NCBI RefSeq assembly: GCF_001447785.1
Contig: NW_015165348.1
Location: forward strand, 1 to 64,000
DNA length: 64,000 nt
Direction: 5' to 3'
From: Gekko japonicus
Lineage: Eukaryota
A program made the translations under genes and the position numbers. The notes under the pieces were generated by a model. It worked only from the letters and a program-made list of their open reading frames with translations. It did not search any database and had not been told where the DNA came from. This document shows positions 34,381 to 47,003 of the stretch, piece by piece. How positions within the stretch are numbered: the first letter of the stretch is position 1; every line of letters starts with the position of its first letter.

Positions 34381-35359
34381 AACAGTAACCTTTCCTTTGT
34401 CCAATAAAAGCTCTATAACTTAATGCCTTGAGCAGTATAACAATCTGAAATTTCATGTATAATCTCTGTTTATTTCCCAAAAGATAAAAGGAATAACAAA
34501 ATTGCAACATCCAAGGTTACATTAGAATTTTGATCTGAGAGTAGAGAGTGATCTGCTTGAATTAAAATCATTGAAATTCACCAGCCTCAGAAGGATAAAA
34601 TGGCATCTTGGATTAGAATATAGAGGGCATTCCAATAAAATATGAGAGTATGTCAGAGCAGGGAAGATGCAAAAAGCAGCCTCTCGTAACCACTGTTGAA
34701 TAGGGGTGTGCAATGTTTTTTACCAGTATTTTTTGGTTCAGGTCTACCGGTATGGTATTTGGATCCAGGATTTTTTTGGAAATCCCCAAAATTTTCAGGT
34801 CCAATAGACCAGAACCAAAAAAATGCAGGTAGAAAAATACCAGCCTGATCCTGGTGCTGGCTTGGCTTCTCCTGATCCTCAGGCTGACTTCTGCAGTCCC
34901 TTTATAGTTTAAAAGGACTCCATAAGCCCACCTGACAAACAGCTGAGAGGTGGGAGCAATCTGTAAGGATCTCTGTAAACCAATAAGAGTGCGGGATAAC
35001 AAGACTGCATTGTCTGCATACAGCAGAATAGGAATGTTATGATGTGCTAGACAAGGAGGATGACAGGATTGATCAAAATGGCTTGACAGATCCTTTAAAT
35101 ATAAATGAAACAGATATGGAGCCAGTAGACAACCTTGTCTGACACCACACTTTATTTATTTATTTAAATTTGTATCCCGCCCTCCCCGCCAAGGCAGGCT
35201 CAGGATGGCTTCCATTAAAAGTTAAAATACATTAAAAACAAATTCATTAAACACAATACACATCATAAAAACTCATAACATACAAATAACTAGTAACAGT
35301 GAGTTCAGTTAAAGTGCTAGTGGCGGTATAGCATGATTTCAGTAGGCCATGGTGTAGCC

Positions 35360-35862
35360 AATGTACTTTTAAAGCCCTATATGGCCAGGGGCCAGCATAC
35401 TTATGAGACTGCCTCACCCCATATGAGCCCTGATGGGCACTGATTTCCACAAACCAACATCTTTTGGTGGTCCCCAGCCCCAGGGACATCCAATTGGCCT
35501 CCGCATGGTGGAATGAGCTACCCATGAGTTCAGGGCCCTGCGGGAATTATTGCAGTTCCGCAGGACCTGCAAGACGGAGCTCTTCCACCGGGCATTCGGT
35601 TGAGGCAGCAGACGTCCCCCGCCCCCATCTTTTTTGCCCAATCATCCATCAGTGGCCTGGTCCTGACTGGACATCTAATTAGATATCGGACTGCTTGACA
35701 TCTGATCTCTCTGTTTAACATGGTATTTTATGATATGATATTATTATGTGCAAATTGGTATTTTAACATTATTTTAGCTGTATTATTTTAATTGTCGTAC
35801 ACCGCCCTGAGCCCATTTGGGGAGGGCAGCATATAAATCTAACGAAATAAATAAATAAATAA
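35360..35862 (+). mobile_element. L2-type LINE 3' fragment
   Basis: FKALYGQGPAYL*DCL.. and 3' end CCGCCCTGAGCC..GGGAGGGC..(TAAA)n. Confidence 0.75.
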
Positions 35863-36119
35863 AATATTATTATCAATAATTGAAAAGATAAGGAAATAAA
35901 AGCCTGGAGAAAGACTCAAGTGTCTGTGGCCAAAATGGAAGGAATTCAACCTCAGGCTCCTTGGATTCAGCTCCAGCATCAATTAATTACTGTATATTGA
36001 AAGGATCTTCAGGTGGGTCAAATTTTTTATTGTGTGTGTTGACACCTGTTCAGGATCTGGCTTATCATGAGTTAGATCAGAACGATGTTTCAAAGAAACT
36101 CAGGAGTTACAGATCTTAC

Positions 36120-36287
36120 CTGCCCAGTCCAGGAATTCAACACACTCCGTCTGCTCATACCGGTAGGCAATATCTCTAGCCTTTTCACCCCGAAAGGTTG
36201 TTGCAAATATGTCAGCGTCCAGTTCTACAAGAGTTTTCAAAGTTTCCAGTTGGCCCCAGGCAGCGGCACAATGGAGGAGAGTATAAC
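36120..36287 (-). CDS. ANKRD45: ANKRD45 coding exon 2 (ankyrin repeat)
   Basis: catag| (G)YTLLHCAAAWGQLETLKTLVELDADIFATTFRGEKARDIAYRYEQTECVEFLDWA |gtaaga. 168 nt. Not in the ORF track. Confidence 0.96.
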
Positions 36288-36564
36288 CTATGAGGGGTGA
36301 ACCAAATCACTATATAAATCTTTAAATGTAACCACCTCGCCTATCTAGCCCAAGGTGGCTTACAAACATGACCACAAGGTCCAGCAAGATGACTAAAAAC
36401 AGAATGAAACTTAAAATACAGAGCCACAGGCTCCCCAAAAAGAACCACCAGCAGCACAATTGGTAGTCAGAAAAAGTATGATTACTATCCAGATTAGGAC
36501 ATATGCCATCAAGACATTTATTTACTTATTTAAATCAGGCCTTTACACATTTTCTTTGGCTCTA

Positions 36565-36860
36565 GTAAAAGGTAAAGGTTTCCTTGCTCGAAAGCCAGTC
36601 GAGTCCGACTCTAGGATTGCAGTGCTCATCTCCGTTTCAAAGCCGAAGAGCCAGCGCTGTCCGAAGACGTTTCCGTGGTCATGTGGCCGGCATGACTAAA
36701 CACCAAGGCGCACGGAATGCTGTTACCTTCTCACCAAAGTGGTACCTATTTATCTACTTGCAATTTCTTGCTTTCTAACTGCTAGGTTGGCAGGAGCTGG
36801 GGCCAGAGACGGGAGCTCACTCCGTCTCGAACAGGTGAACTACCGACCTTCCACAGCCAG
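36565..36860 (-). mobile_element. Sauria SINE, head partly deleted
   Basis: (AAAGGT)n on +. Highly similar to the 20134 and 42888 copies. Confidence 0.88.
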
Positions 36861-37747
36861 CTTAAAAATTTAGGAACCAGAGTAATAGTTCAGCCTTATG
36901 TTATGAATGACCATATTTTCTAACTATTGCTACCACAAAAAAATACTAAGGACAATGAAATTTCCAGGCACCATGGTGACCTGGTGCCTGGGATTTGTCA
37001 AACCCCGATTTAAATCACTTCTCACCAGCCTTTCTTCTTATATCAAAGCTCTAAGATGGCTCACAGAATGTAGTAACAATAAATATATTTCAAAAGACCA
37101 CTTCAACAATGACAGATCATCTCTTATAGTACTAAAATTATTAACCCAGCTAGAAAAACTGCCGTGCCAAATAACTAAATGCCCTCAAAAGCTCTTCTGA
37201 GTAATCTAGCTTTACACCTCTTTCTGAGCACCAAGGCAGAGAAAGCTTTCCTCGCTGACTCCAGCAGACTATTCTGTATACTATCAGGGAGGGCACCAGA
37301 AAAGCCTGCAGCCAGGCTATGGCAGTCCTCACAACGTTTCAGCACAGCACTGACAGAAAACCTTGCTGTCATGAGTATAACTACCGCACTGGCTCATATG
37401 AGGAGAGATGGGTTGGCAGGTCACAGCCTGTTGTGGAGGACAACAGAGGCCAATACCAGCAGCTCAGATTAAACATGGAAACACTCAGGCAGCCAGTGCA
37501 AAGGTTTTAACATACAGGCCATATGGACGAAATGATTAGCCCCTGACAACAACCAAGCGGCCACAGGTTAAACCACAGCCTATACAAAAGCCAACAGAGA
37601 TGAGAGCCTGGAGATTGTATGTGAAACAGTTCCGTGACACAAGTGCAATGATTTAAAAAATAGGATGGAGACAGAAAGCATCACACAATGGGAGTGAAAG
37701 AAGTAACTGTGGGGGAAACACTGTTGGCACATGGATTGATACACAAA

Positions 37748-38483
37748 GGGTGCGTTCAGATGCGCCATTTGATCTGGTGTCGGCACGCTTCAGCAACGGA
37801 TTTTATATGCACGATCACACAGTCAACATCTGCCTCCCGTCCCCAGCTGTTGGTTTCTGGCTCAAAACCACTTTAACCCGGAGTATTTTGTTACCAGGTC
37901 CCAAAATGATGTTTTCCCAACTCTCCCATTTAAAGCCGCATTTCCCCCCTGTGTGATCACTCCTCCGATGTCAAGCCACTTCCGGTTTAAACCCCCTCCC
38001 CGCTCGAAAGCTGCCCGAGGCTTCCACTTTTTGCCCACCATTTTTTTAATGCGCTGGCGGTGTGCGCATAGGCAGAGCTCCGCTACTGTGTTTAGAAAAC
38101 CGACATTTAAACGGTCACTTGTTTTAGCGTTTAGATGAGTTCGGGATCTCACGGAGGCCATTTTCGGGTCAAACTTTTAAAGGGAAGTCTTTTGTTGGAG
38201 GGGTTGGATTGATTCGCCCTGGTAGTTCTGCGCATGCGCCATGATAGTTTCCCCCCATTCTATGGAGAGGCGCCTATGCACATGCGCAAACTGAGAAAAA
38301 AAATTTAAAACCCTGCCAACACACGCTCCCTTGTGTCGGTACTGTAGATGCTGGGGAGCAACGTGACTGTGCGGTGAGGCGAGATAAGGGAGGTAAGTGT
38401 GATTGCGATTATCCAGATCAAATATAATCCGGTCAGAACCGGAACAGTTTAACCTGCTCTCAGCACGCCATCTAACCGCACCC
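37748..38483. mobile_element. CpG-rich TIR element (PIF/Harbinger-like MITE)
   Basis: GGGTGCGTTCAGATG..CATCTAACCGCACCC (15-bp TIR, 2 mismatches). No clear TSD. Confidence 0.6.
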
Positions 38484-38554
38484 ATTGTGGTGTAGCAGAA
38501 GCGGTTCTGCTTCTCCATATAATTTCCCTTTACCCCACCTTAATGACTTCCTTT

Positions 38555-38798
38555 TTTGGTGTAGTGGTTAAGAGCGTGGACTCTAATCTGGGAGAACAGT
38601 GTTTCATTGCCCACTCCTCCACATGCAGCTGCTGGTGTGACCTTGGGTCAGTCTTTCAGAGCTGTTCTCTCAAGAGCAGTCCTCAGAAGAGCTTTCTCAG
38701 CCCCACCTCCCTCACAGGGTATCTGCTGGGGGGGGGAAGGGAAGGAGACTGTAGTGAAGGGCGAGGTATAAATCGAATCTCCTCCTCCTTCTTCTTCC
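38555..38798 (+). mobile_element. Squam3-type SINE
   Basis: TTTGGTGTAGTGGTTAAGAGCGTGGACTCTAATCTGGGAGAAC.. with (CTT)n tail. Confidence 0.8.
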
Positions 38799-39633
38799 TA
38801 GCAGGTTCTCTCACATTCATGAATCAATTGTAAATTATCAGGTCAGGTGTGTGTGTGGGGGGGTCTTCAGTAATACTGTTCATTTGATAGACAGTCATTG
38901 CTCATACTTTTAAAATTTTTACTGTCCATATTTGTAATAGTGCATTACAGAACAATGATTATAAACATAAAGTTCTAAAATGATTCAGTTTGGGCTGGCT
39001 AGAAATTGAAAATCAGTCATTAGCCCCTCCCATTCCCCCAAAGAACTGATTATTCACAATTAATTCATGAATGTGAGAGAACTGGCTGGCTGGCAGAAAA
39101 ACATGACAATTAGGAAGGAGAAGAGGAACATTTCAATGGATAGTAGCTGTGAGTATGATGCTGCAATTGCTTTAAGTTTTTAAAAAGTCACCACAAATCA
39201 CATGGGGGGGGAATAAGAGCAATATATAAAAACAGTGGAGTGCAATAGACTGACAAAGACATCTAGATTCTCTGTAAAACGGATGAATGCATGCAACAAG
39301 GGAGGTTTACAACCAGGTGTTGAAATTTTAAAGTCTCCCTTCCCTTTGTTAGAGAAAAAAATTAGCTAGCAGTATAGTTAAAAATGTTGTTGACTTATCT
39401 TTGCAAGACTGGGGAAGAATCCTAAACACAAACTCAGAACAGTGATTAAACCTAACAAGGAGATTGCTAAAAAGTTGTCTGAGGACCCAAGGAGCAGTAC
39501 AGTAGGACAGAAAAATCCAGCGCACATAGTTGGGAAAGATTAATGTAGTGACAGGCTTCACGATATCTTTAGAGGGACTGACAGATATCTTTTGGCCAAC
39601 AACCCTGCTCTAGAAATGCTGTCAATTACATAC

Positions 39634-39943
39634 CTCTGGCTGTCTTATCCTTTAGGTCCACCCCATATTTTGCCAGTGTCCGAATAACATCGCTCTTCCC
39701 AGCCATGCAAGTTGCATAGAGCAGATCCCTCCCTACAATATCCTTTTCCATCAGTAGCTCAGTGGCCTTTTCACGATCAGGATCTTCCGGGTCATCAAAA
39801 ATCTGTTGTACCCCTTCTGTGTTCCCAGTCAGAGCAGCCCTCAGGAGAGGATTGAAAGTTACTGGTTCCTCTTGAGGCCCCAAATCTTCAAGTGTGCTTA
39901 CTTCCACTGAGCCTGACGATTCTTTCTCTTCTACCAGTTCCAT
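39634..39943 (-). CDS. ANKRD45: ANKRD45 first coding exon (exon spans 39634-39958)
   Basis: ttctcag| then ATG at 39943: MELVEEKESS..NPLLRAALTGNTEGVQQIFDDPEDP..LMEKDIVGRDLLYATCMAGKSDVIRTLAKYGVDLKDKTAR(G) |gtatgt. Matches human NPLLQPALTGDVEGLQKIFEDP..DIVGRNLLYAACMAGQSDVIRALAKYG. Confidence 0.96.
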
Positions 39944-40771
39944 TTCTTTCCAAACAACCTGAGAAGACAGAAGGAACATGGAGTCTCTATAAGCAGACTC
40001 CAGATTGAGTGATTTGTATGTAAAGTCTGTCTACCTGAACTTTATACCTCTTTTGCCAAGGCCCTCTTCTGTGATCTGGAGGTCCCTTAAATGTCCTTTC
40101 CTTTCTACTGAGCAAGGGAGGAGAATGAAACCCACCCATCCCCAGAAGGACTGTTCTGTTCATCAAAGGAGCATCTGTTCAGATCCCACTTCTGAACTCT
40201 GCCTATTCTTAGCTACATTTGGGGTGGAAAGAGGGCACCATGATCCATCCTGTTTCCATTATCCAAGTTTGCCATTCCGTTTACCTGCAACTTCTGGCAG
40301 TGAGTATAGAATAGGACAGTCAACTTAGGGAAAATGCTGTCTTGTATAGACTTACTATGATAGGCACTCTACTTTCCTGATAGCATTATTTGAAAGCATT
40401 ACTGGAGTAATAATTGTTCTACAAAATACTTTTGGAAGTGGCCAAAGAATAAAAGGGAAGTCTTGATTATTCACAGTTGACTGTCTGGGAACCAATCAAC
40501 TGAGAAAATAAAATATAATGCCATTTGCATTCTCCGACACCTACGTAAAGTTCCAACATGTGACTTTTCTACCATGACAATTTACTTCCCTTCCAGTTTA
40601 GTTCAAATATACCCTCTTATCATGAGAAAAATCCAGATTAAGAACAACAGGTTTAAGGGGTTTTTTAAACTAAGATTTTTATTGTTTTCCACAGTGTCTC
40701 ATTGGCTGATACTGCTTAGTATCTGCCTATGCCCCTCATGAAAGCTTATACCCAGAATTAAACTTTGTTGG

Positions 40772-41370
40772 TGTCGTGGGTCTTGGCTCTGCTGAGGCTG
40801 ACTATTTCTCAGATGAGGAAGAGGCATGGAGCAACCCAGCCTCCTCTGGAGTCAGTCCAGAAGAGGAACCTTTACCAGCACCTGAGGGAGAAGAGGCCCC
40901 AGCATTTGCACAGGAGGGGCAGCAAGGCGAAGAGACTGAGGTGCAGTCAGAGGGAGAGACTGGTCCAGAGCCTGGCCCAGCAACCCCAGTTGGAGACACC
41001 TCGAGACCAGAATCCCCATCTAGCTCACCTGAATGTCCCAGAATCAAGGCACGTCAGCATCTGAATGTGCAAGAGAGGAGGAGGAGTGCTAGACTTCAGC
41101 TGTTGCAAAGGCAACATGAGGGGCTGTGAGTCTTTGCAGATTGCTTCCCAGGGAAGAGAGGCTCCGGTCATAGGCAACCATGCTCACCTGCCTTGGCATG
41201 GAAGCAACCGTGCGTTCTCGGACCTTGTACCTGCTGTCAGCCTCCGCTCCTTGCTTCTGAGAACTCTGACTGATTTCCCAGCATTCTGACCTTCAGCTCT
41301 GTTTCTTGGCTTGCTTTTGGACTGTGCTTTCAGTGAAAGGTATCCGTGGCGACCAGCCAGACCCAGCACA
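40772..41370 (+). mobile_element. Solo LTR, 599 bp (Gypsy-like), inserted into a Penelope terminal fragment
   Basis: TGTCGTGGGTCTTGGCT..AGCCAGACCCAGCACA imperfect inverted termini, 5-bp TSD GTTGG. Removing it restores AAACTTTGTTGGTCTTAAAGGTGCCAC. Confidence 0.88.
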
Positions 41371-42887
41371 GTTGGTCTTAAAGGTGCCACTGAACTCAAA
41401 CTTTGTTCTGTTGCTTTAGACCAACATGGCTACCCACCTGAATCTAGAAGAATGATGTTCCTGATCATGGCAAACTAGGAAGACATGGCAAAATGGCATG
41501 TTCCTGTGCACTTACCCCAAGGACAAAAAAAGGATAGCAGCTATTAATCACTGGCCCATTTGTTATTTTTGTGAACATTTCATATGTTGGAAATTCTGTC
41601 CGTAATAAAACATTTACCATAAATTGTTTGCCTGTGTTTTTCAAAACCAGAATTATTATCCAACCTAGTTTAAATCAATTTGGATTAAAAATGTACATTC
41701 AAAGGGGAAAGTGCTTCTGTGGGATGCAAACAATAGCAGCAAATATGCTCTATATCTCCAAAGGGTTAACAAATAAAGATATTTTCCCTACCAAAATGCA
41801 GCATGAATTTTGTCATATTTCCTCTGAAAACTGAAATCGCTATGTAAAACAACTGAGGGCTATAACGACTATCGGACATTAGTTAACTGTTTTCTACCTT
41901 TCTATTTACTAATTGGAATTCTTCTCTTACAGGATTAAAACCAACCGAGGGATGGGTTCATTTTCTGCCAGTGAAACTGCACACAGGAGAAGGGCTGGGC
42001 CTCCTCTTCTCCTGCACTGTAACCCTGGTGCCGATTGACAGTGTTACACCTTTCTAAGACCATTGAATATAATGGACTTACAAGGATGTAACTCTGCTCA
42101 GGATGGCATGGTGAGTCTCCCAAGTAGCTATTATTGTTATTTTTAAATTACTTAGAAGATTGAAACCCCCATGAAAGTTTCTTTTAGTAGAGATCAGTGT
42201 CATTATGATTTCAAACGTTTTGCAGTGCCTTTATCCTGATTTTTATTATAGTTAGTTACTTGCAGGTTTTAGTTTGTAATCCACCTTGGGTCCCTTTGGG
42301 GAGAAAGGTAGAGTGGAAGTAAAGTTAAAAAAAAAGTAACAGTGTGATTGCATATCTAGGATTAGCAAAACAAATAAATAAAAAATCCTAGCAGCTCAGA
42401 GAGCTGTCAAGCGTGCGGCATGGGAGGTGAAGGGTGGGCCTGGTTAGGGGTGGCCAGATGTCCTTATTTTTGGAGAGCTGTTCTCTGAAATGTCCACGTT
42501 CTGCTTCTGTTCAGTGCAATCAGTTGAAGTGGCTAACAGTTATAATCCTAAAAACACTTTAAGGAGAGTAAATCCCATGGCGTCGACTTCAGTAGGATTC
42601 TGAGCAGACCTGTTTAAGATGAAATAGCACTGTTGATTACTGCACAGTTACAGGCTACCCTGAGCAACCTATAATAGGAAGAGGGCCTGCTAAAGTTAAG
42701 GCTTTTGAGGGCAACTGATGTGAATAAGCCACAAGAAAGGAGAGCTGGCAGGAGGGGCCTTGAAAAGTCCCCCAAAAGTAGTCAGCACTTGGATAGCAGA
42801 GAGAGGGTGAGATGCATTTTTATTCAAACTATAGTTTAAATCTACATCTGTGAACGTAAATTAGCATATGCAATTATCTTGCAAATA

Positions 42888-43238
42888 AGGTAAAGGTAAA
42901 GGTTCCCTTGCTCGAAAGCCAGTCGAATCCGACTCTAGGGTTGCGGTGCTCATCTCCGTTTCAAAGCCGAAGAGCCAGCGCTGTCCGAAGACGTTTCCGT
43001 GGTCATGTGGCCGGCATGACTAAACACCAAGGCGCACGGAACGCTGTTACCTTCCCACCGAAGTGGTCCCTATTTATCTACTTGCAATTTCTTGCTTTCG
43101 AACTGCTAGGTTGGCAGGAGCTGGAACTAGAGACAGGAGCTCACCCCGTCTTGCAGCACCCGGGTCTTGAACTGCTGAACTACTGACCTTCCACAGCCTG
43201 CAGTTCAGCGTCTTAACCACTTGAGCCACCGCAGCTCC
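42888..43238 (-). mobile_element. Sauria SINE, full length
   Basis: 13-bp TSD TATCTTGCAAATA (42875-42887 / 43239-43251). (ACCTTT)n tail. Confidence 0.93.
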
Positions 43239-43989
43239 TATCTTGCAAATACTGTTCTCTTTTTTGGTCACCCTAGGCCTGGTTAGGCTCCCACAGTGGA
43301 CTGATATGTCAGGAAGGAAAGTTGTAGTCCAGGAAAATTATGCAAGTTGTAAGCTAGGCAAGTGCATATTTATTTATTTAGTACATTTTTACCCGGCACA
43401 TCTTCCAAGGAGCTCAGGGCATCAAACATGGTTCCCTCCCTCCCCTCCTCCATTGTGTCAGCCCCTTGAAGTAGGCTAGGCTGAAAGAATAACTAGTTTG
43501 CTGAGATCACCCAGAGAGTCATGGTGAGCAGGTGAGTGTGGACTTGAACCCGAGTCTCTTAAATTGTAGAGATTGTGCACCCCTCTCAACTGCCGGTGTG
43601 TGTATGCCAGTAACAAGTATGCATGAATAGGAGTCACTGAGACACAGGTTGTTTTGTTCTGCTACCAAAAACATTTCAAGCTATCTGCTTCCCAGCAGTA
43701 GAGTACTTGGCTAGGGAAAAGGCAGTACCAAAGAATTTGTATTATCCTGACCTGTTACTCCTTTAAGTTTGTCTAATTATTGGAATAGGCTGGTGGTGTT
43801 ACGTTAATGATGATTGAATGTAAAGGCTTGCTTTGAACGTGCAACTAATTGTTCATCTTGAGAAGCTCTCATCAGTATTCTGAATGTTAATATGATAAAA
43901 AAAATGACGTTAAATAAAGAATTTGATTTAAAAACAAAAATAAAAAAAACAACCACAACAATAATATCGGTTGGGGAGGGGGGATACCT

Positions 43990-44530
43990 TATAGGAAGAG
44001 AGTAGGATTTCAGTCGTCCTTTCCCCTACCTTCCCCCCGCTCCGAGTCTCTCGCTTCTAGCTACAGGGCCACAGGCGATGCTGTCGCCATAGTAACGGCA
44101 CAGAGTTGCCAAAGGTGGAACTCGGGCGTATGCGTACGAAGTTCCTCCACGGATCGCTAACAGGAACGGACGAGTTCCGGCTGACGGAGAACACAGGTGG
44201 GGGGGAGGGTGTGAACGGGCTACGGGCAGTTTCCGGGGCTTATAGGAGCTGCGGGTGCGCTAGGAGAAGCCAGGAAACAGCGGATCTTCTCCCTTTTCCT
44301 CTCCCCACCTCTTCCGTCAGTGGTAGAGCCGGTGGTGGGCACCTTCGGTCCTCGGCAACACCAAGGCGGATGTTTCTGTAGACATAAACTCCCATTCTCA
44401 GCTAGAAGGTCCGTTCCGGGGTGGTGTCGGAGTGAACAGGGTGGGAATATAAAGGGATGTAAAATGGGGAGGGGTTACGTTATAAGAGCCTTGCTGGATC
44501 GTCGTGCCAAATTCTGTTTCCAACCGTAGA
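43990..44530. promoter_or_regulatory. CpG island / bidirectional promoter of ANKRD45 and KLHL20
   Basis: High CpG density between the divergent genes. X-box GTCGCCATAGTAAC at 44083-44096, ETS TTCCGG at 44175 and 44231. Candidate donors at 44029 (-) and 44197 (+). Confidence 0.75.
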
Positions 44531-46086
44531 TAAGGGGGGAATACTTCAGGAAAGCCCTCGAGCAAGATACCAAGGCAATGGCGTTTTCCAGCAACTCTGA
44601 TTCAGAGGTATACTGCCGTTGTACGTGAAGGTTCCATTTCTAAATAGCCGATGACGGATCCATTAACGAAAAGAGCTGCCTAAGCCAATGGCTGTTATCG
44701 TGTGGCATTGTATGTGTTAAGTGCCACAGACTTTAGGAGGGTGTGGTGGTGGTGATGATGAAGCAAGGAAGGTAGTGAAAGGAAATCTAGTGGATTGGGG
44801 AAAATAGTCAGAAGAGATGCTCAGATTTAAGTGCTATTGGGGGTGAGATTACTGTGTGAACGGTATTTGGCAAAAGAAACATGCTCTAGCATGACGGTTG
44901 GAAATAAATAACTGGGGTTATGGTCAGACTCTTTGGATACATTAATTTTACACTTTTAAGAAGTCTTTTGCATATTTATTGCTTTTTGTTGGGTAGGCAG
45001 GGCTGAAACATTACTACCAGTGAATATCTCTTCCATGACTGAGATGGTGTATAACAAAATATGAGTCCAGTAGCACCTTAAAGACCAATAGATTTCTCCA
45101 GGGTATAAGCTTTCATGTGTCACTTTGTCAGATACCCTCATTAGGTGGCATATGAGTGTGCCCTTTTTCCCTGCATATTGACCAGAAGTGCAGTCCCATG
45201 CAGAGTTAATCCAGTCTAAGGTCATTGAGTTAGATTGGAGTAACTAAGCAAAGGACTGCAGTGGAGGTATCCAATGTTTTCATCTCACATGGATCAGTGT
45301 TCCATCTAGGTGCTTGCTTATATAAACTAAATTTTATTCCAACACTGGAGAAAGTCCTCATATTCTAAGCACAAGTGTTTTATTTGAGAGATACTTTTTG
45401 AGTTTAAGGTGATAAAAACTCTTTCAGACTCTTAAGTGATATAATCTAATTTTTAGGTTTACCTGCAACCATTAGTCATTAGGATTCCTTTTTTTTTTAG
45501 CACATGGATAAGATGAGTTGAAGTCAGGAATTTTTTATTTACCAGGGCTTGTGACTCACCTCCACTCCATCACCTGGTGAGTAACTGTCATTTTGTTTAC
45601 CCACCTTTCTCTACTTTGATTTCTTTATATCCCATTTATAATTAAACTGAATCTTGAGCATTCTGTAACCATAATGAGATATGGGAGTTGTGCTTGGAAG
45701 TTATTAATGAGCATACAGTGAAATGTCTGGAGTGTGTACTACTAAGCTTTCACCATGGAAGGATTTTAAAAAATGTTTTTGATAGTGTTTTATTGTGTAT
45801 ATATAATGTACTTAAATTTGCAGCCTTAAATGCATATATGTCTTATAGATGGCAGTGATGTAGGTGGCAGGGATAAATCACATTGGAAGTAGAATTCAGC
45901 ACTTGAAAAATAACTGAAACTCCACAGCATTCAATTAAGCGCTTGTTTTGCTGTCCTGGCAGATCTTTGGATCTGTCAGTTACGTAAATATAAACTGTTA
46001 ATGATTGGCAAGGTTATTACACACTGCTTTTTCCTCCCTTCAGGTCTGGCATAGACGCGTAGGGCAAAAACTTCTCTTTGCAGTGC

Positions 46087-46109
46087 ATGGACGGAAAGCC
46101 AATGCGCAG
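46087..46109 (+). CDS. KLHL20: KLHL20 first coding exon (exon ~46044-46109)
   Basis: ATG GAC GGA AAG CCA ATG CGC AG|gtaaga = MDGKPMR(R), versus human MEGKPMRR. In frame with the next exon. Confidence 0.92.
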
Positions 46110-46254
46110 GTAAGATGCAAAATGAGAAATTATCTGAGCAGACATTGGTTCTGCTCAGCCAGTACTGTAAGCTGAAATCCTTTGCACTGGAAGGTAGACA
46201 GAAAGCTAATTCCATTTGATACAGAAAGTAATTGCAGTGGCTGCATTTGGAAGG

Positions 46255-46466
46255 TGGTGATGAAAAGTACCATCAAGTTGCAACTGACTTATGGCGACCC
46301 CTCATGGGGTTTTCAAGGCAAGAGACGAACAGAGGTGGTTTGCCATTGTCTTCCTCTGCATAGCAGCCTTGGTGGTCGCCTATTCAGGTACTAACCAGAG
46401 CCGACCCTGCTTAGCTTCCGAGATCTGACAAGATCAGGCTAGCCTGGGCCATCCAGGTCAGGGTGA
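46255..46466 (-). mobile_element. 5S rRNA-derived SINE (SINE3) with RTE-like tail
   Basis: - strand GATCTTGTCAGATCTCGGAAGCTAAGCAGGGTCGGCTCTGGTTAGTAC matches the 5S internal control region, followed by a non-5S tail. Confidence 0.8.
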
Positions 46467-47003
46467 ATTAGAAAGATACTCTCAACCAGTTAGGAGTTCC
46501 TAGAGCTGTGCTATTGGTTCCCAATGACCAATTGGGATATTTTCTGGCTAGTGCTGTGTGATGATCTAGAAGCTAGTTGACCATGGCTGTGGTAGCAGTA
46601 AGAGCTCTTGCCCTTTGAAAGAGAGGACACAGATTGTGTTCCCTTTCCGTGAGGTGCAGAGGTCCCATCCCCATTCCTAGAAAACTTGAGAGGGATCCGT
46701 TTTCATTTTAGCTGGATGGGTGGGAGAAGAACTTGCCATCTTGCCCCGATGAACGACTTGAGAACTCTGTGGAGTACCCTTGCATGCTCCCAGGGGTTCA
46801 TGGAGACCTGTCTGAGAAACTGTTTTATCTTACAACATAGGCTACCTGGCAAGGCATAGTCTTGTATGCAAGATTGTGAGCTGCTATCAAAAGATATTGG
46901 CAGGTGAACACAAAACAATCTGGTGGAAGCCTGCATAGAATCCATTACGATATCCTGTCTGAGCCTTACGAAGTCTAGGAACCAACTGTATGAGCTCTGG
47001 TGA

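Noticed and set aside
46370-46445. 5S rRNA gene
   Set aside because: Only the internal part matches, with substitutions, and it is fused to a retroposon tail. It is a SINE head.
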